Below are positions 34,869 through 44,973 of a stretch of DNA of 64,000 nt, one piece after another. How positions within the stretch are numbered: position 1 is the stretch's first letter; each line of letters starts with the position of its first letter. The stretch comes from Polyangia bacterium (lineage in GTDB: Bacteria > Myxococcota_A > Polyangia > Polyangiales > JAUICN01). The notes below the pieces were generated by a model. It had not been told where the DNA came from. It was given only the letters and a program-made list of their open reading frames with translations, and made no database searches. A program made the translations under genes and the position numbers. The stretch is from positions 16,663 through 80,662 of the forward strand of contig JAUICN010000013.1 of the NCBI GenBank assembly GCA_030427835.1. The letters run 5' to 3'.

Positions 34869-36790
34869 GACTGCACTCCTTGTTCGGTGTCTCCCTCAAC
34901 AACAGGAGCTTGTGCCGGGGGCGGTGTACCAGGCCCAGATTTCGGTCCCGAACGGCGCTTGCGACGGCGGGTGCCGGCCCAAAGCCCAAGGGCAAATAGT
35001 GGAAGTGGGGCGCCAAAGGTGGTGATCCAGAACCAGGCCTTGTCCTCATCCTTGGTGTGCTCAATGCGAACGTCTTCCTCAGAGTTGGTCTCGCCCACGA
35101 TCTGTTCTTCGCCCAGCATCCACTGGAGCATGTCCCCGAACACCAGGACGTTGCCTGGGTTACGCACCACCTGGTCGGTCACGAAATCACCATCCGAAAT
35201 GATGAGCGCACGGCCTTCCTCTTCCGCGGGCTTGCCTGCCACAGGAACGCTTACCGCGGCCACCATGTTGTACTGCTTCAACTCTTCGGTTTCTCCCCGT
35301 TGGAAATCACCGTCCAAGTCCAACCAGCAGGGGGCCACGGTGCGTACCGGGAATACAACGTTGCTTCCTTCGAGCACGCCCTCGCCCTCGTACTTGGACA
35401 AGGCACCTCCTCGAAGAAAGATGGTTGCAAGCTGATTCGAGTTGCGGCTGGCCATGGTCACTGTGGGGTGGGCCGAGTAGTTGTTGGTCCGTACAATGGT
35501 TCGGTCGGAGAGGTTGAAGTTCCGGCGAATGAAGTACCGGTCGCTGGTCAGCACGCCCGACTCCAGTTTCACCCCAAGGGCCTGAAACAGGGGTGTGAGC
35601 CCATGATCCACATCCGGGTCCACCATGACCACGAGGCGACCGCCCTGTTGCACGTAGCGCAGTAGGGCCTGGGTTTCTTCAGGCAAGAAGGGCTTGCGGG
35701 GGCCAAGCACGGACACCAATGGAATGCCCTTGGGGACGTCATTGCCCAATCCCTGGGTCAACCCCAGTTCGCGGGTGGTGATGTTGCTGCGTTCAAGCAG
35801 GGTTCGTAGTTCACTGATGCGCAGTTCGGGGCCATCCCCTTCCACGCCCGTGCGGGAACGTTCGTCGTGGCCAATGGTCAGGTGCAGCTCCCGCCGTTGA
35901 CGTGTGAGCTTCATGAAGCTTTCCTGGAAGCGACCGTCCAGGGTGCGCAGTTTGCTGCGTGCCTCTTCCAGGTCCGTTCCAACCGCGAATTTTTCCACCT
36001 GTTGGCTATCACCCTCACCCTTGAATAGGGCAATGGTTCCGTTTTCCCGGATCTGATGTTTGCGGGTCAGCTTTGGGGCCAGGGCGTGGTCCCGTACGCG
36101 AAACTCCACGTGGGAGGAAGCCTTATCCACCGCCGCAAAGTAGGGCTTCAGTTGGGAGAGCACCTCGTTTGCCTTGGGAAAGAACAGCACGATCTCGATG
36201 GGTTCGCCCAGGGCCTCCACCATGTCGAGCGTACCTTCGCTTGGCCGGGTGGTTTTGAAGTAGCTCATGTCCTTTCGGACATCCTGCTTGGCGGTGGCGT
36301 AGTTGACCCCAAGCACAAACACCATGGACAGGGCGATGGTCAGCCCGTCCAAACCGGCAGAACGGATTCGGCGAATCTCCACCGCCTGGGCCACGGGCAT
36401 GCGGGCGTAGGCAAGTTCCATGAACTTGAGCGCCCCCCCCGCGGCCACGAAGACCACGGGCCAAAGCACAGCCAACACCGCTGGGATACGGCTTTCCGTA
36501 TTTCCGTTGAGGCCCAGGAGGGTCAGCCCCCATTCGGTGCTCATCACGTAGAGGCCAAGGGCCACAAACACGCCGCCGTAGGCCAGCAGCAGAATGCCTT
36601 CCACCGGCTTTTGGGCCGCCCCCGCGGAACCCAAACGGGTGATGCGCCATACCAGGGCACCCAGGATCGCCGCCGTTGCAAGCCACGTCACCACGCTTTG
36701 GGTGGTGCCCTCAGAAAGGACCTGACGCGCCACAAATAGCAGCGAAACGCCGAGGCCAAGCAAGAAACTAATCCACTTACTCATTGCCAC
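34865..36790 (-). CDS. GldG-like ABC auxiliary component
   Basis: N-terminal TMs, .D.SYF.T..PS..T, GHDE, V.GP..PFL.EE..AL.RY...GGRL.V.VDP, SDGDF, C-terminal TM. Confidence 0.75.
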   Translation of the reverse strand: MAMSKWISFLLGLGVSLLFVARQVLSEGTTQSVVTWLATAAILGALVWRITRLGSAGAAQKPVEGILLLAYGGVFVALGLYVMSTEWGLTLLGLNGNTESRIPAVLAVLWPVVFVAAGGALKFMELAYARMPVAQAVEIRRIRSAGLDGLTIALSMVFVLGVNYATAKQDVRKDMSYFKTTRPSEGTLDMVEALGEPIEIVLFFPKANEVLSQLKPYFAAVDKASSHVEFRVRDHALAPKLTRKHQIRENGTIALFKGEGDSQQVEKFAVGTDLEEARSKLRTLDGRFQESFMKLTRQRRELHLTIGHDERSRTGVEGDGPELRISELRTLLERSNITTRELGLTQGLGNDVPKGIPLVSVLGPRKPFLPEETQALLRYVQQGGRLVVMVDPDVDHGLTPLFQALGVKLESGVLTSDRYFIRRNFNLSDRTIVRTNNYSAHPTVTMASRNSNQLATIFLRGGALSKYEGEGVLEGSNVVFPVRTVAPCWLDLDGDFQRGETEELKQYNMVAAVSVPVAGKPAEEEGRALIISDGDFVTDQVVRNPGNVLVFGDMLQWMLGEEQIVGETNSEEDVRIEHTKDEDKAWFWITTFGAPLPLFALGLWAGTRRRKRRSGPKSGPGTPPPAQAPVVEGDTEQGVQS

Positions 36791-37506
36791 CTCTGACTCT
36801 TCAACACGCGGGTCGATGCCAACAGCATCAGGTACACAAGCGTTACAAAGAACACCACATCACTGAGCTGCAGTAGTCCCCGCCGGAAGGGTTGAAAATG
36901 ATTGTAGAACGGGGAGAAGTACTCAAAAATACTCGCCCAGGAACCTTCGCTGATCCGCGCGACCCACCAGCAGATCTCCAGCAGCGCCGCGAACATGCCC
37001 GCAAGAAGCACCGCCAAAAACGGGTGCTTTGCAAGGGAAGAGGCAAACATTCCCACCGCCAGGGTGGAACCACCGAGGAAGAGCAGCCCCAGGTACCCCG
37101 AGGCGATGTGCCCGTAGGACACCTTACCGTTCACGAAAATCAGGGCGGGCAGGTACAGGCTCAGTAGGATCACCACCGATAGGAATACAAAGGATGCCAG
37201 GTACTTCCCCACCACGATTTCGCCCTCTCGAATGGGAGAAGTGAAAAGCAGGGTCTGGGTGCCGTTGCTGCGTTCCTCGGCGAGCAGGCGCATGGAAAAC
37301 AGCACGCCGCTCACAATCGTGGTTCCCCCGGCCACCTCAAAGAAGCGCAAGAGCACATCGGTGGAGAGGCTGGGTTCGGATCCCACGGCGTAGGCGTTGA
37401 AGGTGATGCCCTGCCAAAGCAGCATCACACCCGCAATGATGTAACCCGCGGGAGTGCGCAGGTACGCCGCAAGCTCCCGACGGACGATGAGCCCAATACT
37501 TTTCAC
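36781..37506 (-). CDS. GldF-like ABC-2 permease
   Basis: IVRREL.AY..TP.GY, SMRLLAEER..GT..LL.TSP...IV.GKY.A, D.VFF. Confidence 0.85.
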   Translation of the reverse strand: MKSIGLIVRRELAAYLRTPAGYIIAGVMLLWQGITFNAYAVGSEPSLSTDVLLRFFEVAGGTTIVSGVLFSMRLLAEERSNGTQTLLFTSPIREGEIVVGKYLASFVFLSVVILLSLYLPALIFVNGKVSYGHIASGYLGLLFLGGSTLAVGMFASSLAKHPFLAVLLAGMFAALLEICWWVARISEGSWASIFEYFSPFYNHFQPFRRGLLQLSDVVFFVTLVYLMLLASTRVLKSQRWQ

Positions 37507-38495
37507 GCTTCACCTCCTGCAGCTGCGTTCCCAGGGCTTGTGTGGCCAGGGGTGGCGGCGCCCGTCTGGGATCCGCCCTTGCTCAACTGCACAAAAATTT
37601 GTTCCAGACCGGTGGCCTCGCGCTCCAGGGAAAGCAGACCCAGGTCTGCAGAAACAATCGATTTGGCCATCTGCTCGCGAACGTCCTCGGCGGTGCGCAC
37701 CACCACGTGCTGTAGGGAATCGGTGCCTCCCTGGAACTGCACGTCCACCACGCCGGGTACGGACTGCAGCACACTCTGCAGGGCGCTACGTTCACCCCGG
37801 GCGGACAACTTGATGGTGACCCCGGTTCCCAGTTTTTCTGCCAGTTGGGCTTCTGTGCCCTGGGCTGCGAGCTGGCCCTGGTGAAGCATGAGAATGCGGT
37901 CACAGGTCTGTTCGATCTCAGAAAGAATGTGACTGCTCAGTAGAATGGTGTGCTTGCCACGCAGCGCCCGAATCATCTCACGCATTTCCACGATTTGAAC
38001 CGGGTCCAAACCGTTGATGGGCTCATCCAGGATGAGCAGGTCGGGGTCGTGCACAATGGCCTGGCCGATTCCAACCCGCTGCCGGTAACCGTGGGACAGG
38101 CTGTGAATGGGCTGCTGGGCCACGTCCGTGAGGCCACAGGTATCCATTACCTCTGGCAATCGTTTTTGGATGGCACTGTTTTCCATTTTTCGGAGTCGGC
38201 CGGCAAAGGTGAGGTAGTCCGCCACGTTCATCTCTGGGTAGAGCGGGGGCTGATCAGGAAGAAAACCGATAAACTTTCGGATTTCGTGGGGGTCGGTCTC
38301 CACGTCCAGTCCCCGAACGGTGACTTTTCCGGAGGTGGGCAACAGCAAACAGCTGAGCAACCGAAGGGTCGTGGTCTTTCCTGCGCCGTTCAGGCCCAAA
38401 AACCCAACGCATTCGCCTTCTTGGATTTCAAAATCCAAATCCCGAATCGCGGGCGTGTTGCCGTAATACTTGGTGACGTGCTCGACTCGAATCAT
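37503..38495 (-). CDS. GldA-like ABC ATP-binding protein
   Basis: GLNGAGKTT, LSHGYRQRVGI.QA, LILDEP..GLDP.QI.E.R..I, SSHIL.E. Confidence 0.92.
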   Translation of the reverse strand: MIRVEHVTKYYGNTPAIRDLDFEIQEGECVGFLGLNGAGKTTTLRLLSCLLLPTSGKVTVRGLDVETDPHEIRKFIGFLPDQPPLYPEMNVADYLTFAGRLRKMENSAIQKRLPEVMDTCGLTDVAQQPIHSLSHGYRQRVGIGQAIVHDPDLLILDEPINGLDPVQIVEMREMIRALRGKHTILLSSHILSEIEQTCDRILMLHQGQLAAQGTEAQLAEKLGTGVTIKLSARGERSALQSVLQSVPGVVDVQFQGGTDSLQHVVVRTAEDVREQMAKSIVSADLGLLSLEREATGLEQIFVQLSKGGSQTGAATPGHTSPGNAAAGGEA

Positions 38496-38561
38496 GGTGG
38501 GGCGGATAATTAGGCAGAAAACCCTATCGGGTCAACTCTCCTACACCTAAATACCGGATTA

Positions 38562-40358
38562 TTACTCTGATATCGGATTTTCGCGGAGTTGCTGTTGGGA
38601 TCGGCACTGGATCGGGCGGGCCCCGGGGTAGCGCACCCTGGGCTCCCTGGGGTTCCACCCGGGATACTCCGGGCCGGTGAGATTTCCCCCCATGTGACGG
38701 AACTGCCGAACCAGGGAATCCCGAATGGGAACCCCTTCGTGAAGGGTCACCCTGCCGGACTTTAGGGCCCCATGGAACCCCCCATGGGAGCGCCCGGCCA
38801 GGTAGTCGTTGGTGATTAGGATAAGGCGTGTGTCCCCAGAAATGATGGAGCCGTCGCGTTTTTTGAGGGTCACCTGGAGTTCGCCCCCCTGGCAGCTGGC
38901 GTCCACCTGAATGCCGCTGACGAACAGGAATCCACCGCGGCTGGTAAGATTTGAGGCAAACAGGGCGCGGACTTCGTCACCGCTCATCTGAATCTCGGCG
39001 AAGTTGTTTTCAAAGGGGTACACGTCGTACACGTCGCCGTAGGTCACGGGCCCCACGGGGAGATCCGTACGAATCCCCCCCGCATTCATGACCGCCAGGT
39101 CCGCCCGGGGAAACTCCGCGCGCACCATGTCCGTGATGAGGTTTCCAAGCGGGCCTTCGTTGTCGTAGGTGGATCGAATGGGCGATTGCAGTACCGGGCC
39201 CAGGGGTACTGAGGATTCCCGTTGGGCGTTTTGCAGGAAGGGTTTCACCACTTCCGTGAGCACAGGATCCGGCGGGGCGGACGGTCCATGGCAGGGGGCG
39301 GGATCCCCCTGCACGCAAATGGACGTGGGTGGAAATATTTCCGTTCGAGTGAGAACGGTTTGTCCGTTGTTGGCCTCCTCGCCAGGCGCGGCACTGGAGA
39401 GGTGCAGATCCACACGGCTGAATGCCCGGGCGCGAGCATGGGCTTCCACCACTGCTATCCCGTTGACCCAATGGGCCACGCCCCGGTGGGTGTGACCGCC
39501 GATGATGACATCCACCAAGTCCCGTGGGAGTTTGCGGGCAACCCTGAAGATTTCCTCGTACTCACGGCAGGAGGAAAGATCCGTGGGATCACGAAAGTCC
39601 TCGCAGTGGCCCCCCGCGTGGGCGGATACGACGATGACGGCGGCCCCACGTTGACGGAGGGCACGGGCGTGCCGTTCAATCGTTGCGGCAAGGGGGCGCA
39701 TGCGTAGGCCCCGTACGTTGTCTGCAAGGGTGGTGTGGGGGGTGTCGATGGTGGTGACACCGATGACTCCAATGGAAACGCCCCGGTGCTCCAACAGGAT
39801 ACTTGGGTAGGTATTGGGCAGTTGAAGTCGCGCTCCGGTTTCTGCACGTTCCATGTTTGCCAATAGGAATGGAAACTGGGCCTGGCGAGCGCGGGCACGG
39901 AGGGCACCCAGGGGATCCTGCCCGGGTTGGGTCACTTTCACATCGGGGCCCACGGGTCCGTAGTCGAACTCGTGGTTGCCCACGGCCGCCGCGTCGTAAC
40001 CCAGCGCGTTGTAGGCCTCCAGTACGGAATGCCCCTCCACCATGTTGGATTCGAGCGTGCCCTGAAACATGTCGCCCGCGTCCAACAGCAACAGTTTGCC
40101 ACCGTCGGACTGGCGCGCCATGCGCAGTTCTTTGACGTGGCTTGCAAAGGTGGGGAACCGTTTGAGCTGGCCGTGAAAATCGTTGGTACCGACGATGGTG
40201 AGCGTCCAGGATCCCGGCTCCGGTTGCCTCGCCGGTTCGGCTTCCACCACATCCACGCGGCCACAACGGTGGCAGGCGGTAAGTCCATACACGGCAACCG
40301 CAAGGAGAAGGCCCCCTGCCACAACGTGGTGCTTGGATGGAAACAACATGTCCCTCAA
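38562..40358 (-). CDS. Bifunctional metallophosphatase / 5'-nucleotidase
   Basis: TNDFHG, LDAGDMFQG, GNHEFDYG, GGHTH, NAGGIR.DL..G.VT..D.Y.V.PF.N. Confidence 0.92.
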   Translation of the reverse strand: MRDMLFPSKHHVVAGGLLLAVAVYGLTACHRCGRVDVVEAEPARQPEPGSWTLTIVGTNDFHGQLKRFPTFASHVKELRMARQSDGGKLLLLDAGDMFQGTLESNMVEGHSVLEAYNALGYDAAAVGNHEFDYGPVGPDVKVTQPGQDPLGALRARARQAQFPFLLANMERAETGARLQLPNTYPSILLEHRGVSIGVIGVTTIDTPHTTLADNVRGLRMRPLAATIERHARALRQRGAAVIVVSAHAGGHCEDFRDPTDLSSCREYEEIFRVARKLPRDLVDVIIGGHTHRGVAHWVNGIAVVEAHARARAFSRVDLHLSSAAPGEEANNGQTVLTRTEIFPPTSICVQGDPAPCHGPSAPPDPVLTEVVKPFLQNAQRESSVPLGPVLQSPIRSTYDNEGPLGNLITDMVRAEFPRADLAVMNAGGIRTDLPVGPVTYGDVYDVYPFENNFAEIQMSGDEVRALFASNLTSRGGFLFVSGIQVDASCQGGELQVTLKKRDGSIISGDTRLILITNDYLAGRSHGGFHGALKSGRVTLHEGVPIRDSLVRQFRHMGGNLTGPEYPGWNPREPRVRYPGARPIQCRSQQQLRENPISE

Positions 40359-40396
40359 TCAACGGCTCGGACCTGAATCACTCGAAAAGACCTTTG

Positions 40397-41728
40397 TTAG
40401 CCGGGCGGCGTGTAGCGTGTGGCCCAGAGTTTGGCGAGTCGCTCCGCGATTTTCCCTTCGAACCCTCGGCTGCTGGGCCTGTAGTAGGGCTCCGGTTCCA
40501 TTCCATCTGGGAAATAATGTTCACCGGGAGCGAACCCGCCTTGCTCGTTGTGGGGGTACCGGTAGTTTTTCCCGTAGCCCAGATCTTTCATGGTGGAGGT
40601 GGGTGCATTGCGAAAGCGTTTGGGGACCTCCAGGGAACCGAACCGACGCACTGCAGTTCGCACCCCCTGGAGCGCCGTGGCCGCCGCGTTGGATTTGGGA
40701 ACGCCGGCAAGGTAGGTACAGCACTGGACCAGGGCGTAGGCGGACTCTGGCATTCCCAGGCGCTCGTGGGCGTCGCTTGTGGCAACGGCGATTTGCAGGG
40801 CACGGGGATCTGCGTTGCCAATGTCTTCGCTGGCGAAAATCATCATGCGGCGCACCACAAACCGGGGATCCTCCCCGGCTTCGATCATGCGCATCATCCA
40901 GTAGAGCGCCGCATCCGGGTCGCTTCCCCGCAGGGATTTGATGAACGCACTGACCACGTTGTAGTGGTCGTCACCCGATCGATCGTGGCGTAGGGCTTGC
41001 TCCCCCAGGGCCTGTTGTGCCAGCTCCGGGGTGAGCTCCTGGGCGCCCTGGGCACGGGCATATTGGGCCAGGGTATCCAACTGGTGCAGCAGCCGCCGGG
41101 CATCCCCATCGGCCTGGGCCACCAGCAGATCTGCGGTGCCCTGCCCCAGGGTGAGCTGCAACTCCCCGAGGCCCTGCTCCGCATCTGCAAGCGCACGTTC
41201 GACCACGGTGTGGAGCTGCCCGTGGGATAGGGGCGACAACTGAAATAGCTCGGCACGGGAAAGCAATGCATTGTTTACCGAAAAGGAGGGATTCTCGGTG
41301 GTCGCCCCGATAAAGCGTACCCACCCCCGTTCCACGTGGGAAAGCAGCGCATCCTGCTGGGCCTTGTTAAACCGGTGGACCTCATCGATGAACAGCAACG
41401 GCGGTACGGGGTGCAGGGAGTGCATTTGCTCCTCGGCCCGCTTCAGTACCTTGCGCAGTTCCGGTACACCCTGGAGCACGGCGCTGAACTCAATGAACTC
41501 GGTTTGCAGTTCCTGGGCGATGGCCCGGGCCATGGTGGTTTTTCCGCAGCCCGGTGGGCCCCAAAGAATGAGTGCATGGAAATGGCCCGAACCGATGAGC
41601 GTGGTGAGGCGCTTCACCTCGCGGCCATGGCCAACGAGATCCTGGAGCGTCCTGGGCCGCATGCGCTCGGGGAGCGGTGCACTGGAACTACCGGGGGCGG
41701 GGCGGGGGCCTGGAGTGGTGGATTTCAA
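40397..41728 (-). CDS. rarA: Replication-associated recombination protein A (MgsA/RarA)
   Basis: PL.ERMRP, LWGPPGCGKTT, FIDEVHRFNK.QQD, GATTENPSF, SAFIKS.RGSDPDAA, ASEDIG.ADP. Start approximate (TTG 41728). Confidence 0.93.
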   Translation of the reverse strand: MKSTTPGPRPAPGSSSAPLPERMRPRTLQDLVGHGREVKRLTTLIGSGHFHALILWGPPGCGKTTMARAIAQELQTEFIEFSAVLQGVPELRKVLKRAEEQMHSLHPVPPLLFIDEVHRFNKAQQDALLSHVERGWVRFIGATTENPSFSVNNALLSRAELFQLSPLSHGQLHTVVERALADAEQGLGELQLTLGQGTADLLVAQADGDARRLLHQLDTLAQYARAQGAQELTPELAQQALGEQALRHDRSGDDHYNVVSAFIKSLRGSDPDAALYWMMRMIEAGEDPRFVVRRMMIFASEDIGNADPRALQIAVATSDAHERLGMPESAYALVQCCTYLAGVPKSNAAATALQGVRTAVRRFGSLEVPKRFRNAPTSTMKDLGYGKNYRYPHNEQGGFAPGEHYFPDGMEPEPYYRPSSRGFEGKIAERLAKLWATRYTPPG

Positions 41729-41854
41729 GACGATGTGAACCGATAGCAGGGAATGGGCCCGCGGGATCGAGAATGTCGCAGTGGGGTCTACGTTCCCCCG
41801 CTTTTCCCTACACGCAATAGGCCAAAAATCCAGCAAAAAGCCGATTTCAAAGGT

Positions 41855-41870
41855 CGGCACCCATCTTGCT
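41855..41870 (+). promoter_or_regulatory. sigma54-type promoter candidate
   Basis: cGGCACC-CATC-TTGCT (GG-N10-GC). The -12 C lies 26 nt before ATG 41895, which has a GGAG SD. Confidence 0.5.
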
Positions 41871-41894
41871 CAATGGGGAGTGAGGACTGGAGAC

Positions 41895-42329
41895 ATGCTG
41901 AACCTAATCGACGCGCTGTACGAATACCAAACGCTGCACATCCGATACCGCTCGGAGGGAATGCCCACCGACCAGGATGAGGCGGCCGAGTTCGAAGGGC
42001 TGGCACGCATTCTCAAGGGGCAGTTCGCGGGGCGACAGGCCCGTGGAAACCTTCGGCTCACGAAGCCCATCTCCGTGGACTACGCCCACCAGGGGCAGTT
42101 TCGCCGGGGTCGTATTCGCAACGTCACCACCGGGGGCGTGGCCCTGCAGGGCAAGGCCCTGCCCCGCCCCGGGGATCCGACATTCTTGCGATCGTACGAC
42201 CCCCACACCGGTGTGGAGACTCTTTTTCCGGTGCGCACGATTTGGAAACGGGGCGATGTGGTGGGCGTGGCCTTTGATGGGGATCCCATTCGCCAGCCGC
42301 CCATGTGGCGCACCCAGGCCGTGGCCTAA
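41895..42329 (+). CDS. PilZ-domain protein
   Basis: R..R..LR followed by NVTTGG (D/NxSxGG-like) and W....VGV.F. Confidence 0.7.
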   Translation: MLNLIDALYEYQTLHIRYRSEGMPTDQDEAAEFEGLARILKGQFAGRQARGNLRLTKPISVDYAHQGQFRRGRIRNVTTGGVALQGKALPRPGDPTFLRSYDPHTGVETLFPVRTIWKRGDVVGVAFDGDPIRQPPMWRTQAVA

Positions 42330-42350
42330 CCGAACGTTGAACACCGGCAC

Positions 42351-43463
42351 CTAACGAAGGATCTTCAAGCGCTTGGGCTGATCGGCGGTGGGAGCCTTGG
42401 TACCTCCCGTACGGGTGAAGTGTTCCCGGGCCGACAATTCGACGACCTGTTCGGCCACCTCCGCGAATGCAGCGGCCGCAAGGCTATCGGGTGCGGCTTG
42501 CACCACAGGGGTTCCCTTGTCGCTCCACTCCCGTACGCCCACCTCCATGGGGATTTGACCCAGCAACGGGGCTTCGGCCATGTCGGCGATTTTCTGCCCG
42601 CCTCCCGCGCCGAAGAGCTCGTGGCGAACCCCTGCGGTGTCCATGAAGTAGCTCATGTTCTCCACCACCCCGAGGATGGGAATGCCCACGCGCTTGCACA
42701 TGTTCACGCCCTTGTAGACATCCTGCAGGGCGACCTCCTGGGGAGTGGTCACCATGACGGCACCGGTCACACGCAGGCGTTGGGCCAGGGTGAGTGCCAC
42801 ATCGCCCGTGCCCGGGGGAAGGTCCAACACCAGGAAGTCCAGCTCGCCCCAATCCACGTCGTTCACAAACTGCTGCAGGGCACCGTGCAGCATGGGCCCG
42901 CGCCACACGATGGCCGTGTTCGGATCTTCCAATAGAAACCCAATGCTCATCAACTTCATTCCGAACCGTTCCAGGGGCACGATTTTTCCGTCGGCGTTGC
43001 CCCGGGGTTGGCCCGCAATGCCAAACATGGTGGGGATGGACGGGCCGTAGATGTCGGCATCCAACACGCCCACCCGCATGCCCTGGCGCTTGAGCGAAAG
43101 GGCTAGGTTCGCCGCACAGGTGCTTTTTCCCACCCCGCCCTTGCCACTCATGACAAGAATCACGTTGCGTACATTGGGAATGGGGTCGTCCTGCAGGACT
43201 TCCCTGGAGGGCATCTGTACATCCCAATCGATGGCGGGCTCGGCCCCAAGGGGTGCCAGGGATTCGCGCACCGCCTGTTCAATGGTGCTTTTGGTCTTGG
43301 GGTTGTCCGTGGAGATGCGCGCCTTGAGGTTCACCTGTTGGCCCTGAATGCCGTTCAGGGTGAGGGAACCGATTTCAAGCATGGGCTTTTCAAAAGTGGG
43401 GTCCACCACCTGGGCAAGGGCTTTTTGTACGGTCTCCTGGGAGATGGGGGCGAGCTCGGTCAT
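42351..43463 (-). CDS. mrp: Mrp/NBP35 Fe-S cluster carrier ATPase
   Basis: SGKGGVGKST, LDADIYGPS, WRGPM, DLPPGTGD, VTTPQEVAL.D, ENMS..FG.GG. Confidence 0.93.
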   Translation of the reverse strand: MTELAPISQETVQKALAQVVDPTFEKPMLEIGSLTLNGIQGQQVNLKARISTDNPKTKSTIEQAVRESLAPLGAEPAIDWDVQMPSREVLQDDPIPNVRNVILVMSGKGGVGKSTCAANLALSLKRQGMRVGVLDADIYGPSIPTMFGIAGQPRGNADGKIVPLERFGMKLMSIGFLLEDPNTAIVWRGPMLHGALQQFVNDVDWGELDFLVLDLPPGTGDVALTLAQRLRVTGAVMVTTPQEVALQDVYKGVNMCKRVGIPILGVVENMSYFMDTAGVRHELFGAGGGQKIADMAEAPLLGQIPMEVGVREWSDKGTPVVQAAPDSLAAAAFAEVAEQVVELSAREHFTRTGGTKAPTADQPKRLKILR

Positions 43464-43539
43464 GGCACGGTCCATGTAGCACCGGTGCTGCCCGGATCAC
43501 AGTGTCCGCGGAGAAGAAGCGTCAAGATCAACACTGGAT

Positions 43540-44961
43540 TTAGTGCGGTTGAAAGATCTGGGCCTGGGAATCGCTGTGGTCGTAGAAGGCTGGCGCACGA
43601 CCAAACGTCACAGCACCGAAGGTGTTCACCACCACGGCAAACACCGCGGCTACCCAGAACCCACGCCCCCAACGGCGGCGGCTCAGGGCCAGGGCCACAA
43701 ACACCAGGGGCAAATAGTCCAGGGCAAACCGGTAACCAAACTGGATCCAACCGCTGTTTTGGTACATCAGATCCAACACCGCCACGACCAGGGCACCTGC
43801 GTAGAGGGACACCAGAACCCGAACGGTGGAATCGGTGGCGGCAGTGACCGCAGTGGCGGCAGTGGGGTGCGTAGGGGGAGTCGCCGACCTGGGGTAGAGG
43901 GCCCAGAGCAGGTTGGGGGTGGTGAACCAAAGGGCCAAACCGTGACGACCCACGGAGACATGGGGTGGCACAATGCTCAACCAGGGCAGAGCTGCCAGAA
44001 AAATGGCCAGGTTGCGGGGCAGGTAGTGGTAGTTGAACAGTCCCCATTTCTCGATACGGGGCCGCCACCGGATCTGCAGAAAGGAATGGCCAAACTCGAA
44101 CGGGTTTTCGAACCGGGCCTGGTTGTGCAGCATGGTCGCCACCCCCACCACCGCGATGGGAATGGAAAAAAGAACCAGGCTACGCAGGGCCGCTCGCCAC
44201 TGGAATCCTGTGATGACGCGACCTGTGGAAGGCCGGCAGGCCCAGTAGACCTCCAGCAAGAAGAAGGGCACTAAAAACAGGGTGGTGGCACGGGTCACAA
44301 AGGCCAGGGTCAGCATGGCTCCCGCCAACAGCGGTCTCCGGGCCCCAAGCCCAAAATGGAGATGCAGCACAACCAGGGGCACGGCCACCACGTGGGCCGC
44401 AAACCACACCGTGCCCTGCACGGCCACAAAGAAGAACACGGTACCGAAAGCAAACAACGCCGTGAGGCCGAGGTCCTCCCCCTGGGACCGGTGACTTCGC
44501 CCCTCGATACGCAACCGACGCAGCAGTACAAACAACAGGGCTGGGCCCAGGCCCGCAAGCAGGGCCCAGAACAGGGCATCCAGGGTGTGGGTGCCCCACA
44601 GGGCCACCACCGGTGCGATCAACACTGCGGGAAACGGGGGAAACGATACGTACCACTTGTATCGATCTGGGTTTGGATTGTGCCCGCGCAGGGATTCGGG
44701 GCAACGGGCGTGTTCCTGGTTGTCGAAACAGGCCCAATCGTTTTCACCCGGGGGCTGATCACCCACCACGTGGAGCTGCCCCTGGAGCCAGCTGTGGGCA
44801 AGGTGTACAAAATGGTTGTTGTCGGACGGCCCTGTGACACGGCTCCCGGCCACGCTGGTGTAGACCGCGGCACAAATCACAAAGACCACTACCGGTAGGG
44901 CCCAGGGCCGACGGGCGGGAGCCTGCTCAGGCAGTGAGGGTTGGGGCAATGTTGCGGGCAC
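43540..44961 (-). CDS. Polytopic membrane protein, probable GT-C-fold glycosyltransferase
   Basis: First TM followed by a loop with DNNH...LA...L.G, about 10 TMs, N.ARF..PFEFG and RF..D segments. Confidence 0.5.
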   Translation of the reverse strand: MPATLPQPSLPEQAPARRPWALPVVVFVICAAVYTSVAGSRVTGPSDNNHFVHLAHSWLQGQLHVVGDQPPGENDWACFDNQEHARCPESLRGHNPNPDRYKWYVSFPPFPAVLIAPVVALWGTHTLDALFWALLAGLGPALLFVLLRRLRIEGRSHRSQGEDLGLTALFAFGTVFFFVAVQGTVWFAAHVVAVPLVVLHLHFGLGARRPLLAGAMLTLAFVTRATTLFLVPFFLLEVYWACRPSTGRVITGFQWRAALRSLVLFSIPIAVVGVATMLHNQARFENPFEFGHSFLQIRWRPRIEKWGLFNYHYLPRNLAIFLAALPWLSIVPPHVSVGRHGLALWFTTPNLLWALYPRSATPPTHPTAATAVTAATDSTVRVLVSLYAGALVVAVLDLMYQNSGWIQFGYRFALDYLPLVFVALALSRRRWGRGFWVAAVFAVVVNTFGAVTFGRAPAFYDHSDSQAQIFQPH

Positions 44962-44973
44962 GTGAGGCCTTGT

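Noticed and set aside
43478-43493. GGCAGC-ACCG-GTGCT upstream of mrp, and TGGTTTC-GTTC-TTGCA at 46555-46570, as sigma54 boxes
   Set aside because: Correct spacing but poor -24 or -12 match; expected by chance in GC-rich DNA.
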